Made by a program: the position numbers and the translations under genes
Notes under the pieces: generated by a model
Databases searched by the model: none
What the model was told of the DNA's origin: nothing
What the model saw: the letters and a program-made list of their open reading frames with translations, nothing else
Shown here: piece after piece, positions 9,455-20,584 of the stretch
Layout of the letters: every line of letters begins with the position of its first letter
Numbering within the stretch: position 1 is the stretch's first letter
Assembly (NCBI GenBank): GCA_041181985.1
Contig: JBEGOM010000002.1
Coordinates: forward strand, 13,366-77,365
Reading direction: 5' to 3'
Origin: Pseudomonadota bacterium
GTDB taxonomy: Bacteria > Pseudomonadota > Gammaproteobacteria > Burkholderiales > Burkholderiaceae_C
DNA length: 64,000 nucleotides

Positions 9455-11764
9455 TTAGCGCGTTGCGCTGGCGTCGGCCACAGTCAATGCGGTCATGTTC
9501 ACAATGCGGCGCACCGTGGTGCTCGCGGTCAAGATGTGCACGGGCTTGGCGGCCCCCAACAACACCGGGCCAATCGCAATATTGCCGCCTGCTGCCGTTT
9601 TCAGCAGGTTGTAGGCAATATTGGCAGAGTCCAAGTTGGGCAAGACCAGCAAATTGGCGTCGCCAATCAAGGTGGTGCTGGGCATTTGCGCTTGACGGGC
9701 GTGGCCGTCCAGTGCCGCGTCGCCATGCATTTCGCCGTCGATCTCGAGCCAAGGTGCTTTTTTCTGCACCAAGGCCAAGGTCTCGCGCATTTTCAAGGCA
9801 CTGGGTTGGTCGCTGGTGCCAAAGTTAGAGTGCGACAGCAAGGCCGCTTTGGGGTGAATGCCGAAGCGGCGCATTTCTTCGGCCGCCATGATGGTGATCT
9901 CCGCCAGTTGCTCTGCCGTTGGGTCGTAGTTGATGTGGGTGTCCACCAAAAACACTTGGCGATCAGGCAACAACAAACCGTTCATGGCCGCGTAAGTGCT
10001 GATGCCGGGGCGATTGCCAATCACCTGGTGCACATAGTTCAAGTGGGTAAGCGGGGTGCTCCAAGTGCCGCAAATCAAACCATCCACTTCGCCCTTGTGC
10101 AACATCATGGTGCCAATGAGTGACAAGCGACGGCGCATGTCGATCTTGGCCAACTGCTCGGTCACGCCTTTGCGTGCAGTCATCTTGTAATAGGTTTGCC
10201 AGAAATCGCGATAGCGGTGGTCTTGCTCCACATTCACCACTTGGTAATCCACGCCTTCTTTCAAGCGCAAACCAAATTTTTCGATGCGCTGTGCAATCAC
10301 GGCGGGGCGACCAATCAAGGTGGGTTGCGCCAAACGTTCGTCCACCACAATTTGCACGGCGCGCAACACGCGTTCTTCTTCGCCCTCGGCATAGCACACA
10401 CGCTTTTTCGTGGCGCGTTTGGCCGCAGCATAAATGGGCTTCATGATTGAGCCCGAGGCATACACAAAGCCTTGCAGCTTTTCGATGTAAGCCTCCATGT
10501 CTTGAATCGGGCGCGTGGCCACACCGCTGTCTGCAGCAGCTTTGGCAACGGCAGGCGCGATCTTCATCATCAAGCGTGGATCGAAGGGTTTGGGAATCAG
10601 GTATTCAGGGCCGAAGGCGAGTTTTTCGCCGGCATAAGCAGCGGCCACCACTTCGCTTTGTTCGGCTTGTGCCAACTCTGCAATGGCATACACCGCCGCA
10701 ATTTCCATTTCATCGGTGATGGTGGAGGCACCAGCGTCCAACGCACCGCGGAAGATATAGGGGAAGCACAGCACATTGTTCACTTGGTTGTGATAGTCGC
10801 TGCGCCCCGTAGCGATGATGGCGTCATCACGCACGGCTTGCACTTCTTCGGGGGAAATTTCGGGCGTGGGGTTGGCCAACGCCAAAATCAAAGGGTTCTT
10901 GGCCATTTTCTTGACCATCTCACCCTTGAGCACGCCACCTGCTGACAGGCCCAAGAAAATGTCAGCGCCTTCAATCACATCCATCAAAGTGCGTGCCGTG
11001 GTTTTTTGGGCAAATTGAATTTTGTCTTCGTCCATCAACTCGGTGCGGCCTTCGTACACCACACCCGCCAAATCAGTCACAAAAATATTGCTGCGGGGCA
11101 CACCCATCTTGACCAACAAATTCAAACAAGCGAGCGCCGCAGCACCCGCGCCTGAGGTGACGATCTTGACCTTTTTCAAATCTTTGTTGGCCACTTTGAG
11201 GCCGTTCAAAATGGCCGAGCCCACCACAATGGCGGTGCCGTGTTGGTCATCGTGGAAAACTGGAATCTTCATGCGCTCGCGTAATTTGCGCTCGACATAA
11301 AAACAGTCAGGCGCTTTGATGTCTTCTAAGTTGATGCCACCAAAGGTCGGCTCGAGTGACGCAATGATGTCCACCAGCTTGTCGAGATTCTTTTCGTCGA
11401 TCTCTAAGTCGAACACATCGATGCCCGCAAACTTCTTGAACAAAACGCCCTTGCCTTCCATCACGGGCTTTGACGCCAATGGGCCAATGTCGCCCAAGCC
11501 CAGCACCGCAGTGCCGTTGGAAATGACCGCCACCAAGTTGCCACGGCTGGTGTACTTGTAAGCCGCGTTGGGGTCTTTGACAATTTCTTCACACGGTGCG
11601 GCCACACCAGGCGAGTAGGCCAAAGCCAAATCGTGTTGGTTGACCAACTGCTTGGTTGCTTGAATGGCCACTTTGCCGGGTGTTGGAAACTCGTGGTACT
11701 CGAGCGCCGCACGGCGCAATTCGGCACGCGCTTCAGCGCTGTTGTGTGAAGGGGTTGAACTCAT
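9455..11764 (-). CDS. maeB: NADP-dependent malic enzyme with PTA-like C-terminal domain
   Basis: [48 protein letters not shown]; C-terminal EIDGEMHGD; GGAG RBS before ATG 11764. Confidence 0.96.
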   Translation of the reverse strand: MSSTPSHNSAEARAELRRAALEYHEFPTPGKVAIQATKQLVNQHDLALAYSPGVAAPCEEIVKDPNAAYKYTSRGNLVAVISNGTAVLGLGDIGPLASKPVMEGKGVLFKKFAGIDVFDLEIDEKNLDKLVDIIASLEPTFGGINLEDIKAPDCFYVERKLRERMKIPVFHDDQHGTAIVVGSAILNGLKVANKDLKKVKIVTSGAGAAALACLNLLVKMGVPRSNIFVTDLAGVVYEGRTELMDEDKIQFAQKTTARTLMDVIEGADIFLGLSAGGVLKGEMVKKMAKNPLILALANPTPEISPEEVQAVRDDAIIATGRSDYHNQVNNVLCFPYIFRGALDAGASTITDEMEIAAVYAIAELAQAEQSEVVAAAYAGEKLAFGPEYLIPKPFDPRLMMKIAPAVAKAAADSGVATRPIQDMEAYIEKLQGFVYASGSIMKPIYAAAKRATKKRVCYAEGEEERVLRAVQIVVDERLAQPTLIGRPAVIAQRIEKFGLRLKEGVDYQVVNVEQDHRYRDFWQTYYKMTARKGVTEQLAKIDMRRRLSLIGTMMLHKGEVDGLICGTWSTPLTHLNYVHQVIGNRPGISTYAAMNGLLLPDRQVFLVDTHINYDPTAEQLAEITIMAAEEMRRFGIHPKAALLSHSNFGTSDQPSALKMRETLALVQKKAPWLEIDGEMHGDAALDGHARQAQMPSTTLIGDANLLVLPNLDSANIAYNLLKTAAGGNIAIGPVLLGAAKPVHILTASTTVRRIVNMTALTVADASATR

Positions 11765-11901
11765 GACTGTCTCCAAAAAATGTGATTGGCAGTGATGCAC
11801 GGCATTTGCCAACTTTGATAAATCATTGTAGGCGGCTGTCTAGGGCAGTTCGTGCGTGAATGTGCTTACGAAAGTGGCTTTGGTTTTTACTTATTGGCAA
11901 A

Positions 11902-12192
11902 GGTTGGGGCTTGGGGGGCTTTCGCTTTGTGTCGTTTCATTTCGTTCGTACGCTTTACGGCTGGGCGGGTACGCGCTAGGGCTCCTCAGTCGCTTCGCGC
12001 CAGGAAGTCGCCTACGCGCGTACCCGCCCAGCCGTAAAGCTAGAGAGTGCGAGCCGAAACCTTTCGCTTACCACGCGATGCGAACAGGGACAGGCCCGAC
12101 CGACGCAATCGTGACGCAGTCTCTGAGGAGGGCGGGCCTGTCCCTGTTCGCATCGCCCCAGCCAACGAAGGGAAGCCCAAAAACCCTCAACC
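11902..12192. repeat. Intergenic REP/MITE-like element with two long perfect hairpins
   Basis: 25-bp inverted repeat 11952-11976/12016-12040; 24-bp inverted repeat 12075-12098/12133-12156; imperfect terminal inverted repeats 11902-11921/12173-12192 (15/20). Confidence 0.75.
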
Positions 12193-12198
12193 AACAAC

Positions 12199-13593
12199 TC
12201 AAGAACGCATCAACGCCTCAATCTCATCGACAACAACCGGCACCCCACGCGTGATCAACTCACACCCAGAAGCCTGAACAATTGCATCATCCTCAATGCG
12301 AATGCCCAAGTTCCAAAAAGCCTCTGGTGCCTCATCGCTAGGCCGCACATACAAACCAGGCTCAATCGTCAACACCATGCCCGAACGCAAAATACGGCTC
12401 GGCCGGTTGGTGATGGTCTCGCCCGACAACGGGTCTTGGCGCGCGCTGGCGTTGCCCAACTCAGAGGGCTCGACATAGCTGCCGCAATCGTGCACATCCA
12501 TGCCCAACCAATGGCTGGTGCGGTGCATGTAATAAGTGAAATACGCGCGTTTTTCAATCACATCTTGTGCGTTGCCATGTTTGTTTTTGTTCAACAAACC
12601 CAGGTCTAACAAACCTTGTGACAACACTTTCACCGTCGCGTCATGCGGATCGTTGAACCGTGCGCCTTCGCGGGTAGCGGCCACGGCTGCGTCTTGGCTG
12701 GCCAACACCAAGTTGTAGAGATCGCGTTGTGGGCCAGTGAATTGGCCATTGGCGGGAAAGGTGCGGGTGATGTCTGAGGCGTAGCCGTCGAGCTCACAAC
12801 CTGCATCGATCAACACCAATTCACCCGCACGCACAGGCGCTGCGTCCGCGCGGTAGTGCAACACGCAGGCATTGGCGCCTGCAGCGACGATCGATGTGTA
12901 CGCGGGAAACTGCGAGCCGTGTTGACGAAATTCGTGCAACAACTCAGCGTCTAAATGGTATTCGCGCACATCTTGGCCTGCACGCAACATGCGCGCGCTG
13001 GTTTGCATGGCGCGCACATGGGCTTGCGCACTGATGTGTGCTGCGCGTCGCATGATGTCTTGTTCGTGCGCGTCTTTAATAAGACGCATCTCGTCGAGTG
13101 GGCCGCACACATCGCGTTGTTGCGCCGGACACACCACACCAAAGCGCACACGCGCACGCACGCTGTTGAGCCAACCATCGACTTGTGTTTCAAGCCCTTT
13201 GTGGGTGGCAAAGGGGTACCACACCGTGTGTTGGTTCTCTAACAATCTGGGCAGCTGTGCATCGAGTTCTTTCACCGAATGCGCGGCTTGCACACCGAGA
13301 GATGAAACAGCCGCATCCGGCCCCAAGCGGTAGCCATCCCAAATTTCGCGCTCCAAGTCTTTGGGTTGGCAAAACAGGGTGCTGCGTCCTGTAGCGTCCA
13401 ACACCAACCACGCATTGGGTTCGGTGAAGCCGGTGAGGTAATAAAAGTAACTGTCGTGTCGGTAAGGAAAGTCGCTGTCGCGGTTGCGTGCACGCTCAGG
13501 TGCGGTGGGAATGATGGCCACGCCACCGTCACCGAGTTGGGCGGCTAACTGCGCGCGCCGTTTGGCATACAAGGGTGTGTTGTGTTGGGTCAT
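12199..13593 (-). CDS. pepP: Xaa-Pro aminopeptidase
   Basis: YRHDSYFYYLTG, LIDAGCE, YASDITRT, HWLGMDVHD, TIEPGLY, GIRIEDD metal-binding motifs. Confidence 0.94.
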   Translation of the reverse strand: MTQHNTPLYAKRRAQLAAQLGDGGVAIIPTAPERARNRDSDFPYRHDSYFYYLTGFTEPNAWLVLDATGRSTLFCQPKDLEREIWDGYRLGPDAAVSSLGVQAAHSVKELDAQLPRLLENQHTVWYPFATHKGLETQVDGWLNSVRARVRFGVVCPAQQRDVCGPLDEMRLIKDAHEQDIMRRAAHISAQAHVRAMQTSARMLRAGQDVREYHLDAELLHEFRQHGSQFPAYTSIVAAGANACVLHYRADAAPVRAGELVLIDAGCELDGYASDITRTFPANGQFTGPQRDLYNLVLASQDAAVAATREGARFNDPHDATVKVLSQGLLDLGLLNKNKHGNAQDVIEKRAYFTYYMHRTSHWLGMDVHDCGSYVEPSELGNASARQDPLSGETITNRPSRILRSGMVLTIEPGLYVRPSDEAPEAFWNLGIRIEDDAIVQASGCELITRGVPVVVDEIEALMRS

Positions 13594-14462
13594 AAGCGCG
13601 CGAGGTGTTGGTTGAGCTGCGCCAATCGTTCAGGCGTGCCCACATCGGTCCAGGGCCCTGTGTACAAGTTGGCGCTCACCTGTTGATTGTCCATCGCTTG
13701 GCGCAGCATCGGTGCCAAAGGGGCTTTGATGCCCTGCGGATTGCCAGCAGGTATGTCGCACCACGCAGCTTCAAAAAAGGCGCGTTTGTACAAGGCGATG
13801 GTGCTGAAGGTGTAGCGCGTTGCTACTGCGTTTTGCGTGTTGGGGGTTGATGCGTCAGCAGGCGAAGGCTTTGGCAAATTCAACGCCAAGCCCTCAGCAG
13901 ACAAACCAAAGTCTCCCAATGGGTTGTGCATGGGGTTGGGCACCAACCAAATGTGCGCTAGCTTCGAACTGTTTTTAAAACTTGCATAAGCTTGCTCAGA
14001 AAACACAAACTCAGGCGCAAACACATCGCCCGCAGCCACCCAAAACACATCGCTCAACAGTGGCAGCGCGCGCACAATGCCACCTGCTGTTTCTAGTGCG
14101 CCACCGAAATCCACGCCCTCTTGTGAATAGTGCAATTGCATCGGCGCTTGTTTTGTCACATTACTGACTGTTGATGTGTGAGCATTTTTGTCGGTAACGA
14201 ACTGCGCGCCAAAGTGCTGCGGTATTTGCTCACCTAACCACGCGGTGTTGATCACCAACTGCGTGACTCCGCCACGTTGCAAACCTTCCATGGCCCATTG
14301 CATCAACGGCTTGCCTCGCACCCTCAACAGCGGTTTCGGATGGGCATCGGTGAGGGGTCGCATGCGCTCGCCTCGGCCTGCCGCCAACAACAACGCGGTG
14401 GCGGGCGCATCGCCCCCAACAGGGGTTGGCAATTCAGCAGCTTTTGAGGCAGGGTTCGACAT
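13590..14462 (-). CDS. murU: MurNAc-alpha-1-phosphate uridylyltransferase (NTP transferase)
   Basis: LAAGRGERMRPLT..PKPLL, LETAGGI, WTDVGTPERL motifs. Confidence 0.85.
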   Translation of the reverse strand: MSNPASKAAELPTPVGGDAPATALLLAAGRGERMRPLTDAHPKPLLRVRGKPLMQWAMEGLQRGGVTQLVINTAWLGEQIPQHFGAQFVTDKNAHTSTVSNVTKQAPMQLHYSQEGVDFGGALETAGGIVRALPLLSDVFWVAAGDVFAPEFVFSEQAYASFKNSSKLAHIWLVPNPMHNPLGDFGLSAEGLALNLPKPSPADASTPNTQNAVATRYTFSTIALYKRAFFEAAWCDIPAGNPQGIKAPLAPMLRQAMDNQQVSANLYTGPWTDVGTPERLAQLNQHLARL

Positions 14463-14605
14463 GCTTTCGAGTGTAGCCCTCGTGGTTTGAACGATGCGCG
14501 CTCGAAGAGCAACCAGAAATTGAACCCACCCAATCGGTCAGCCTGCGTTGGGCAGGCACCGCTAAAATAAGGGTTTCCCCAAATATTCCCTCGGAGCCGC
14601 CTGAC

Positions 14606-16699
14606 ATGGCAAACACCCAACAAATGGCCAGCGCGATTCGCGCTTTGGCAATGGACGCTGTTCAACAAGCCAACTCAGGACACCCCGGCGCGCCGATGGG
14701 CATGGCCGACATAGCAGTGGCGTTGTGGGGCCCACGCTCTGCCAACGGCCAACTTGCCGGCCATTTGCAGCACAACCCCAAAAACCCGCATTGGCTCAAC
14801 CGTGACCGCTTTGTGCTGTCCAACGGCCACGGCTCGATGCTGATTTACGCTTTGCTGCACCTCACGGGCTATGACTTGCCCATGAGCGAGTTGAAAAACT
14901 TCCGCGTGCTGCACAGCAAAACCGCCGGTCACCCCGAGGTGGGCGTCACCCCCGGCGTGGAAACGACCACTGGTCCCTTGGGCCAAGGCATCACCAACGC
15001 GGTGGGCATGGCGTTGGCAGAAAAGTTGTTGGCCTCTGAATTCAACCGTCCTGGCCACCAAGTGGTGGACCACCACACCTATGTGTTTTTGGGCGATGGT
15101 TGTTTGATGGAAGGCATCAGCCACGAAGCCTGTTCATTGGCCGGCGCATGGAAACTCAACAAGCTCGTCGCCTTGTACGACGACAACGGCATTTCCATCG
15201 ACGGCCAAGTGGACCCTTGGTTTGCCGACAACACGCCTGAGCGTTTCAAAGCCTATGGCTGGCAAGTGTTGGGCCCTGTTGACGGCCACGACGCGCAAGC
15301 TGTCAGCCATGCCATTGCCAGCGCCAAGCTCAGCGCCGACAAACCCACCTTGATCGTTTGCAAAACCAGCATCGGCAAAGGCAGCCCCAACCGCGCCAAC
15401 ACAGCCAAAGCACACGGCGAGCCTTTGGGCGCCGACGAAATTGCGCTCACCCGCGCCGCCATTGGATGGAACCACCCGCCATTTGAAGTGCCCGCCGAGG
15501 TCTACCAAGACTGGAATGCCGACGCATTTGGCCATGCGCTCGAAGCCGAATGGAACACCCGCTTTGCCGCTTACAAAGCCGCGCACCCCGACTTGGCCAA
15601 AGAACTGTTGCGCCGCATGTCCGGCGACTTGCCCGCCAACTTTGCACAAACCGTGGTCGACACCGTCATTGACGCACACCAAAAAGCCGAAACCGTGGCC
15701 AGCCGCAAAGCCAGCCAATTGGCGCTCGAGTCGTTCACTGCGGCATTGCCCGAATTGTTGGGGGGCAGTGCCGACCTCACCGGCTCGAACCTCACCAACA
15801 CCAAGAGCACGCCCAACCTGCGCGTCAACTTGGCGGGCGATGTGGTGAAGAACGAAGCAGGCCAAGGCGGTCGTCACATCAACTACGGTGTACGCGAATT
15901 TGGCATGGCCGCCATCATGAACGGCGTGGCCTTGCATGGTGGTTTTATTCCTTACGGTGGCACCTTCCTCACCTTCAGCGACTATTCACGCAACGCCATC
16001 CGCATGGCTGCGCTCATGAAGCAACGCGTGGTGCATGTGTTCACTCACGACTCGATTGGCTTGGGCGAAGACGGTCCCACGCACCAGTCGATCGAACACG
16101 CCGCATCGTTGCGCTTGATTCCCAATTTGGATGTGTGGCGCCCTGCTGATACCGCTGAAACAGCGGTGGCTTGGGCCGTAGCTTTGCAAAACAAACTCAA
16201 GCCCACTGCATTGTTGTTGAGCCGCCAAAACTTGCCTTATTTGCCCAAAGGCGATGCTGTGCCTCACAAAACCGCTGGCGATATTTCGGGCTTGGACGCG
16301 ATCAACAAAGGTGCGTATGTGTTGGCTGAACCCACCGAAGTGGGCCTCAACAAAAAACCACAAGCGGTCATCATCGCGACCGGTTCAGAAGTGCAGTTGG
16401 CGTTGAAAGCGCAAGCATTGTTGGCTGAGAAAAAAATCGCGGTGCGCGTGGTGTCTGTACCCAGCACCACCACTTTCGACCGTCAAAGCGTGGCCTACAA
16501 ATCAGCGGTGTTGCCAGCAGGCATTCCTCGCGTGGCGGTTGAAATGGGTTCGACCGATGGCTGGTGGAAATACGGCGTCTCCGCCGTGGTGGGCATCGAC
16601 ACCTATGGTGAATCGGCCCCTGCACCGGTGCTGTTCAAACACTTTGGCTTCACGCCTGAAAATGTGGCCGAGACCGTGCAAGCGGTGTTGCAAAAGTAA
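14606..16699 (+). CDS. tkt: Transketolase
   Basis: [29 protein letters not shown] motif, [23 protein letters not shown]. Confidence 0.97.
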   Translation: MANTQQMASAIRALAMDAVQQANSGHPGAPMGMADIAVALWGPRSANGQLAGHLQHNPKNPHWLNRDRFVLSNGHGSMLIYALLHLTGYDLPMSELKNFRVLHSKTAGHPEVGVTPGVETTTGPLGQGITNAVGMALAEKLLASEFNRPGHQVVDHHTYVFLGDGCLMEGISHEACSLAGAWKLNKLVALYDDNGISIDGQVDPWFADNTPERFKAYGWQVLGPVDGHDAQAVSHAIASAKLSADKPTLIVCKTSIGKGSPNRANTAKAHGEPLGADEIALTRAAIGWNHPPFEVPAEVYQDWNADAFGHALEAEWNTRFAAYKAAHPDLAKELLRRMSGDLPANFAQTVVDTVIDAHQKAETVASRKASQLALESFTAALPELLGGSADLTGSNLTNTKSTPNLRVNLAGDVVKNEAGQGGRHINYGVREFGMAAIMNGVALHGGFIPYGGTFLTFSDYSRNAIRMAALMKQRVVHVFTHDSIGLGEDGPTHQSIEHAASLRLIPNLDVWRPADTAETAVAWAVALQNKLKPTALLLSRQNLPYLPKGDAVPHKTAGDISGLDAINKGAYVLAEPTEVGLNKKPQAVIIATGSEVQLALKAQALLAEKKIAVRVVSVPSTTTFDRQSVAYKSAVLPAGIPRVAVEMGSTDGWWKYGVSAVVGIDTYGESAPAPVLFKHFGFTPENVAETVQAVLQK

Positions 16700-16774
16700 A
16701 TCACTTTCTTGATGGCACTTTTCGCAACGGCCCATTTCAAATTTGCACCAACAAACATTCTTTTTTATTTTTAA

Positions 16775-17791
<1,017 letters not shown>

Positions 17792-17825
17792 GTTGCATGC
17801 GTTCGTCAGAACGCGTCATTTACCC

Positions 17826-17860
17826 AACGCCCAGACTCGTGAGAGCTGGGCGTTTTTTCT
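17826..17860 (+). terminator. Intrinsic terminator after gap
   Basis: AACGCCCAG...CTGGGCGTT stem followed by a T-run. Confidence 0.75.
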
Positions 17861-18550
17861 TCACGGTTTGGTCTGTGCAGGCGCTGATGCGTTGGCCTCT
17901 GGCAAAGCTGATGCTGTCGACCCTTCGGTGCTTTTCACAGCCTCTTTTTGCGCCTCATGTGGTTGCTCATGTGGCTGGGTTGGCGCTGCCTCTTGCCCCC
18001 ACACAATAAACGCTCCCAACACCACAAACACCAAGGCGCTGATGCGATGCACCCATTGCAGTGGCACCAAACGGGTGATCCGTTCACCAAACCAAACCAC
18101 CGGTGCGTTGGCCACCATCATGCCGAAGGTGGTGCCCATCACCACCCAAGCCCATTGCTTGTATTCAGCCGCCAGCATGACGGTTGCAATTTGTGTTTTG
18201 TCACCCATCTCTGCCAGAAAAAACGCCACCACGGTTGTGCCAAACACGCCCCATCTGGGTTTGACATCGGACTCTTCATCGTCCAATTTGTCAGGCACCA
18301 GCATCCATGCGGCCATGGCAAAAAACGAGATGGCCAGAACCCAACGCAACATCTCTGGCCCGAGCCAAAGCGTCACCCAAGTGCCCAGACCACCTGCTAG
18401 TGCATGGTTGAAAACCGTGGCGACAAAAATACCCCACACAATGGGCCAAGGTTTGCGAAAGCGCGCCGCCAGCACCAAGGAGAGGAGTTGGGTTTTGTCG
18501 CCCATTTCGGCCAGCGCAACAATGCCCGTCGAGATCAAAAATGCTTCCAT
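17861..18550 (-). CDS. TMEM165/GDT1 (UPF0016) family Mn2+/Ca2+ transporter
   Basis: Two E-x-G-D-K-T-Q motifs (AEMGDKTQ) and multiple TM segments. Confidence 0.92.
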   Translation of the reverse strand: MEAFLISTGIVALAEMGDKTQLLSLVLAARFRKPWPIVWGIFVATVFNHALAGGLGTWVTLWLGPEMLRWVLAISFFAMAAWMLVPDKLDDEESDVKPRWGVFGTTVVAFFLAEMGDKTQIATVMLAAEYKQWAWVVMGTTFGMMVANAPVVWFGERITRLVPLQWVHRISALVFVVLGAFIVWGQEAAPTQPHEQPHEAQKEAVKSTEGSTASALPEANASAPAQTKP

Positions 18551-18594
18551 CTGCTTATCCTACCGCCCAAGGATTTCGCGCAGAACGCCAGCAA

Positions 18595-18672
18595 CAGCCT
18601 GATTTGGTGCGCTTTTTGCATGCATAAGGTGCAATTCGCCATAGCAGCGAATTTCTGCACCAAAAAAGTTCA
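18595..18672. promoter_or_regulatory. Putative NtrC-type binding sites upstream of amt
   Basis: TGCATG-N5-GGTGCA (18617-18633), TGCACC-N5-AGTTCA (18656-18672) and a weaker site ending GGTGCG at 18611; consensus is TGCACC-N5-GGTGCA. Confidence 0.5.
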
Positions 18673-18691
18673 ATTCCCAAGGAAATCAATT

Positions 18692-19894
18692 ATGGACGCA
18701 CACAAACAGGGCGCGGATGCCTTGTTCATCCTGCTCGGCGCCATCATGGTGCTCGCCATGCACGCCGGTTTTGCCTTCTTAGAGCTCGGCACCGTTCGCA
18801 AGAAAAACCAAGTCAATGCGTTGGTCAAAATCTTGGTCGACTTTTGTGTTTCGACCGTGGCCTATTTCGCCATTGGTTATGGCGTGGCCTACGGCACCAG
18901 CTTCATGGTGGGCGCTGAGACGCTGGCTGACAAAAACGGCTATGACTTGGTCAAGTTCTTTTTCTTGCTCACATTTGCCGCCGCCATTCCCGCCATCATC
19001 TCGGGCGGCATTGCCGAACGCGCACGCTTCTGGCCCCAATTGATCGCAACAGCCGTCATCGTGGGCTTTATTTACCCCTTTTTTGAAGGCATTGCTTGGA
19101 ACCAGCATTTTGGCTTTCAGGCTTGGTTGAAAGAAGTCACGGGCGATGAGTTCCACGACTTTGCGGGTTCGGTCGTGGTGCATGCGGTGGGCGGCTGGAT
19201 TGCCTTGCCCGCCGTGCTGTTGCTCGGCGCACGCAGCAACCGTTACCGCAAAGACGGCGCCATTTCGGCGCATCCACCTTCGAGCATTCCTTTCTTGGCA
19301 CTTGGCGCTTGGATTTTGATCGTGGGTTGGTTTGGCTTCAATGTGATGAGCGCCCAAACACTCGACAAAATTTCTGGCTTGGTGGCTGTCAACTCACTCA
19401 TGGCTATGGTGGGAGGCACCTTGGTGGCCTTGGTAATGGGCAAAAACGACCCCGGCTTTGTGCACAACGGCCCCTTGGCCGGTTTGGTGGCCGTGTGTGC
19501 GGGTTCTGATTTGATGCACCCCATGGGCGCCTTGGTGGTGGGCAGCGTCGCCGGCGCAATTTTTGTGGTGATGTTCACCCTCACACAAAACAAATGGCGC
19601 ATTGACGATGTGTTGGGCGTTTGGCCCTTGCATGGTTTGTGTGGCACTTGGGGCGGCATCGCTGCGGGTGTGTTTGGCACACAAGCGTTTGGCGGCTTGG
19701 GTGGCATCAACCTCACCGCGCAACTGGCCGGTACAGCACTCGGTGTGGTGTGGGCTTTGGTCGGTGGGTTCGTGGTGTATGGTGTGCTCAAAATGACCAT
19801 GGGTTTGCGCCTGACACAAGAAGAGGAATTTGAGGGTGCCGACCTCACGATTCACAAGATCAGCGGCACACCAGACCGTGAAGTGACTTGGTAA
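18692..19894 (+). CDS. amt: Ammonium transporter (Amt family)
   Basis: AIISGGIAER, HDFAGSVVVHAVGG, GWFGFN, IDDVLGVWPLHG (twin-His motif); AAGGA RBS before ATG 18692. Confidence 0.93.
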   Translation: MDAHKQGADALFILLGAIMVLAMHAGFAFLELGTVRKKNQVNALVKILVDFCVSTVAYFAIGYGVAYGTSFMVGAETLADKNGYDLVKFFFLLTFAAAIPAIISGGIAERARFWPQLIATAVIVGFIYPFFEGIAWNQHFGFQAWLKEVTGDEFHDFAGSVVVHAVGGWIALPAVLLLGARSNRYRKDGAISAHPPSSIPFLALGAWILIVGWFGFNVMSAQTLDKISGLVAVNSLMAMVGGTLVALVMGKNDPGFVHNGPLAGLVAVCAGSDLMHPMGALVVGSVAGAIFVVMFTLTQNKWRIDDVLGVWPLHGLCGTWGGIAAGVFGTQAFGGLGGINLTAQLAGTALGVVWALVGGFVVYGVLKMTMGLRLTQEEEFEGADLTIHKISGTPDREVTW

Positions 19895-19974
19895 GCCGCT
19901 TGAACTGTGGTTTTTCTGAACGAAAGGCCACAAATTAAGGGCAAACGCTTGGTTTTTAGGTCTACTTGTGGCCC

Positions 19975-20087
19975 ATAATGGTTGCGCTGTGTTTTTTCTT
20001 GATGAGAAAACAGGGCAGGTTTGGTGATCGGTCAGTTTCGGTTCGGGACTCCATCGCTTGTTTTATGTGTTTTAAGGAGTCCCTTTC
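19975..20087 (+). promoter_or_regulatory. Putative structured 5' leader of the RRM gene with anti-SD pairing
   Basis: -10-like CATAAT near 19975; GGGACTCC (20045-20052) is the exact complement of GGAGTCCC (20076-20083), which covers the SD. Confidence 0.5.
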
Positions 20088-20522
20088 ATGGGCAACAAAC
20101 TGTACGTCGGCAACTTGCCGTATTCTGTACGCGATGGCGATCTTGAGCAGTCCTTTGGACAGTTCGGTGCTGTCACCAGCGCCAAGGTCATGATGGAGCG
20201 CGATACCGGTCGCTCAAAAGGTTTTGGTTTTGTAGAAATGGGCAGCGATGCCGAAGCGCAAGCTGCCATCGCTGGCATGAACGGCGCCCCTTTGGGTGGC
20301 CGCAACTTGGTGGTGAACGAAGCTCGCCCCATGGAACCCCGTCCCCCACGCAGTGGTGGTTTCGGTGGTGGCCGTGAAGGTGGCGGCGGCGGTTACGGCG
20401 GTGGTCGCGAAGGCGGCGGCGGTGGCGGCGGTTTCCGTAGCCCCTACGGTGGCGGTGGCCGCAGTGGTGGTGGCGGCGGCGGTGGTCGCGGCGGCTTTGG
20501 CGGCGGTGGCAACAGCTACTGA
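20088..20522 (+). CDS. RRM-domain RNA-binding protein with Gly/Arg-rich tail
   Basis: RNP2 LYVGNL, RNP1 KGFGFVEM, VVNEARP, then GGG/RGG repeats. Confidence 0.93.
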   Translation: MGNKLYVGNLPYSVRDGDLEQSFGQFGAVTSAKVMMERDTGRSKGFGFVEMGSDAEAQAAIAGMNGAPLGGRNLVVNEARPMEPRPPRSGGFGGGREGGGGGYGGGREGGGGGGGFRSPYGGGGRSGGGGGGGRGGFGGGGNSY

Positions 20523-20537
20523 TCTGCTGACAAAAAC

Positions 20538-20565
20538 AAAAGGCTCCGAAAGGAGCCTTTTTCTT
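20538..20565. terminator. Bidirectional terminator between the RRM gene and lptC
   Basis: AAAAGGCTCC-GAAA-GGAGCCTTTT. Confidence 0.85.
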
Positions 20566-20584
20566 TGATGCGTCACACGATGGT

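Noticed and set aside
11852-12277. Several 60-132 aa ORFs in the maeB-pepP spacer
   Set aside because: They arise from the GC-rich hairpin element, with no RBS or domain evidence.
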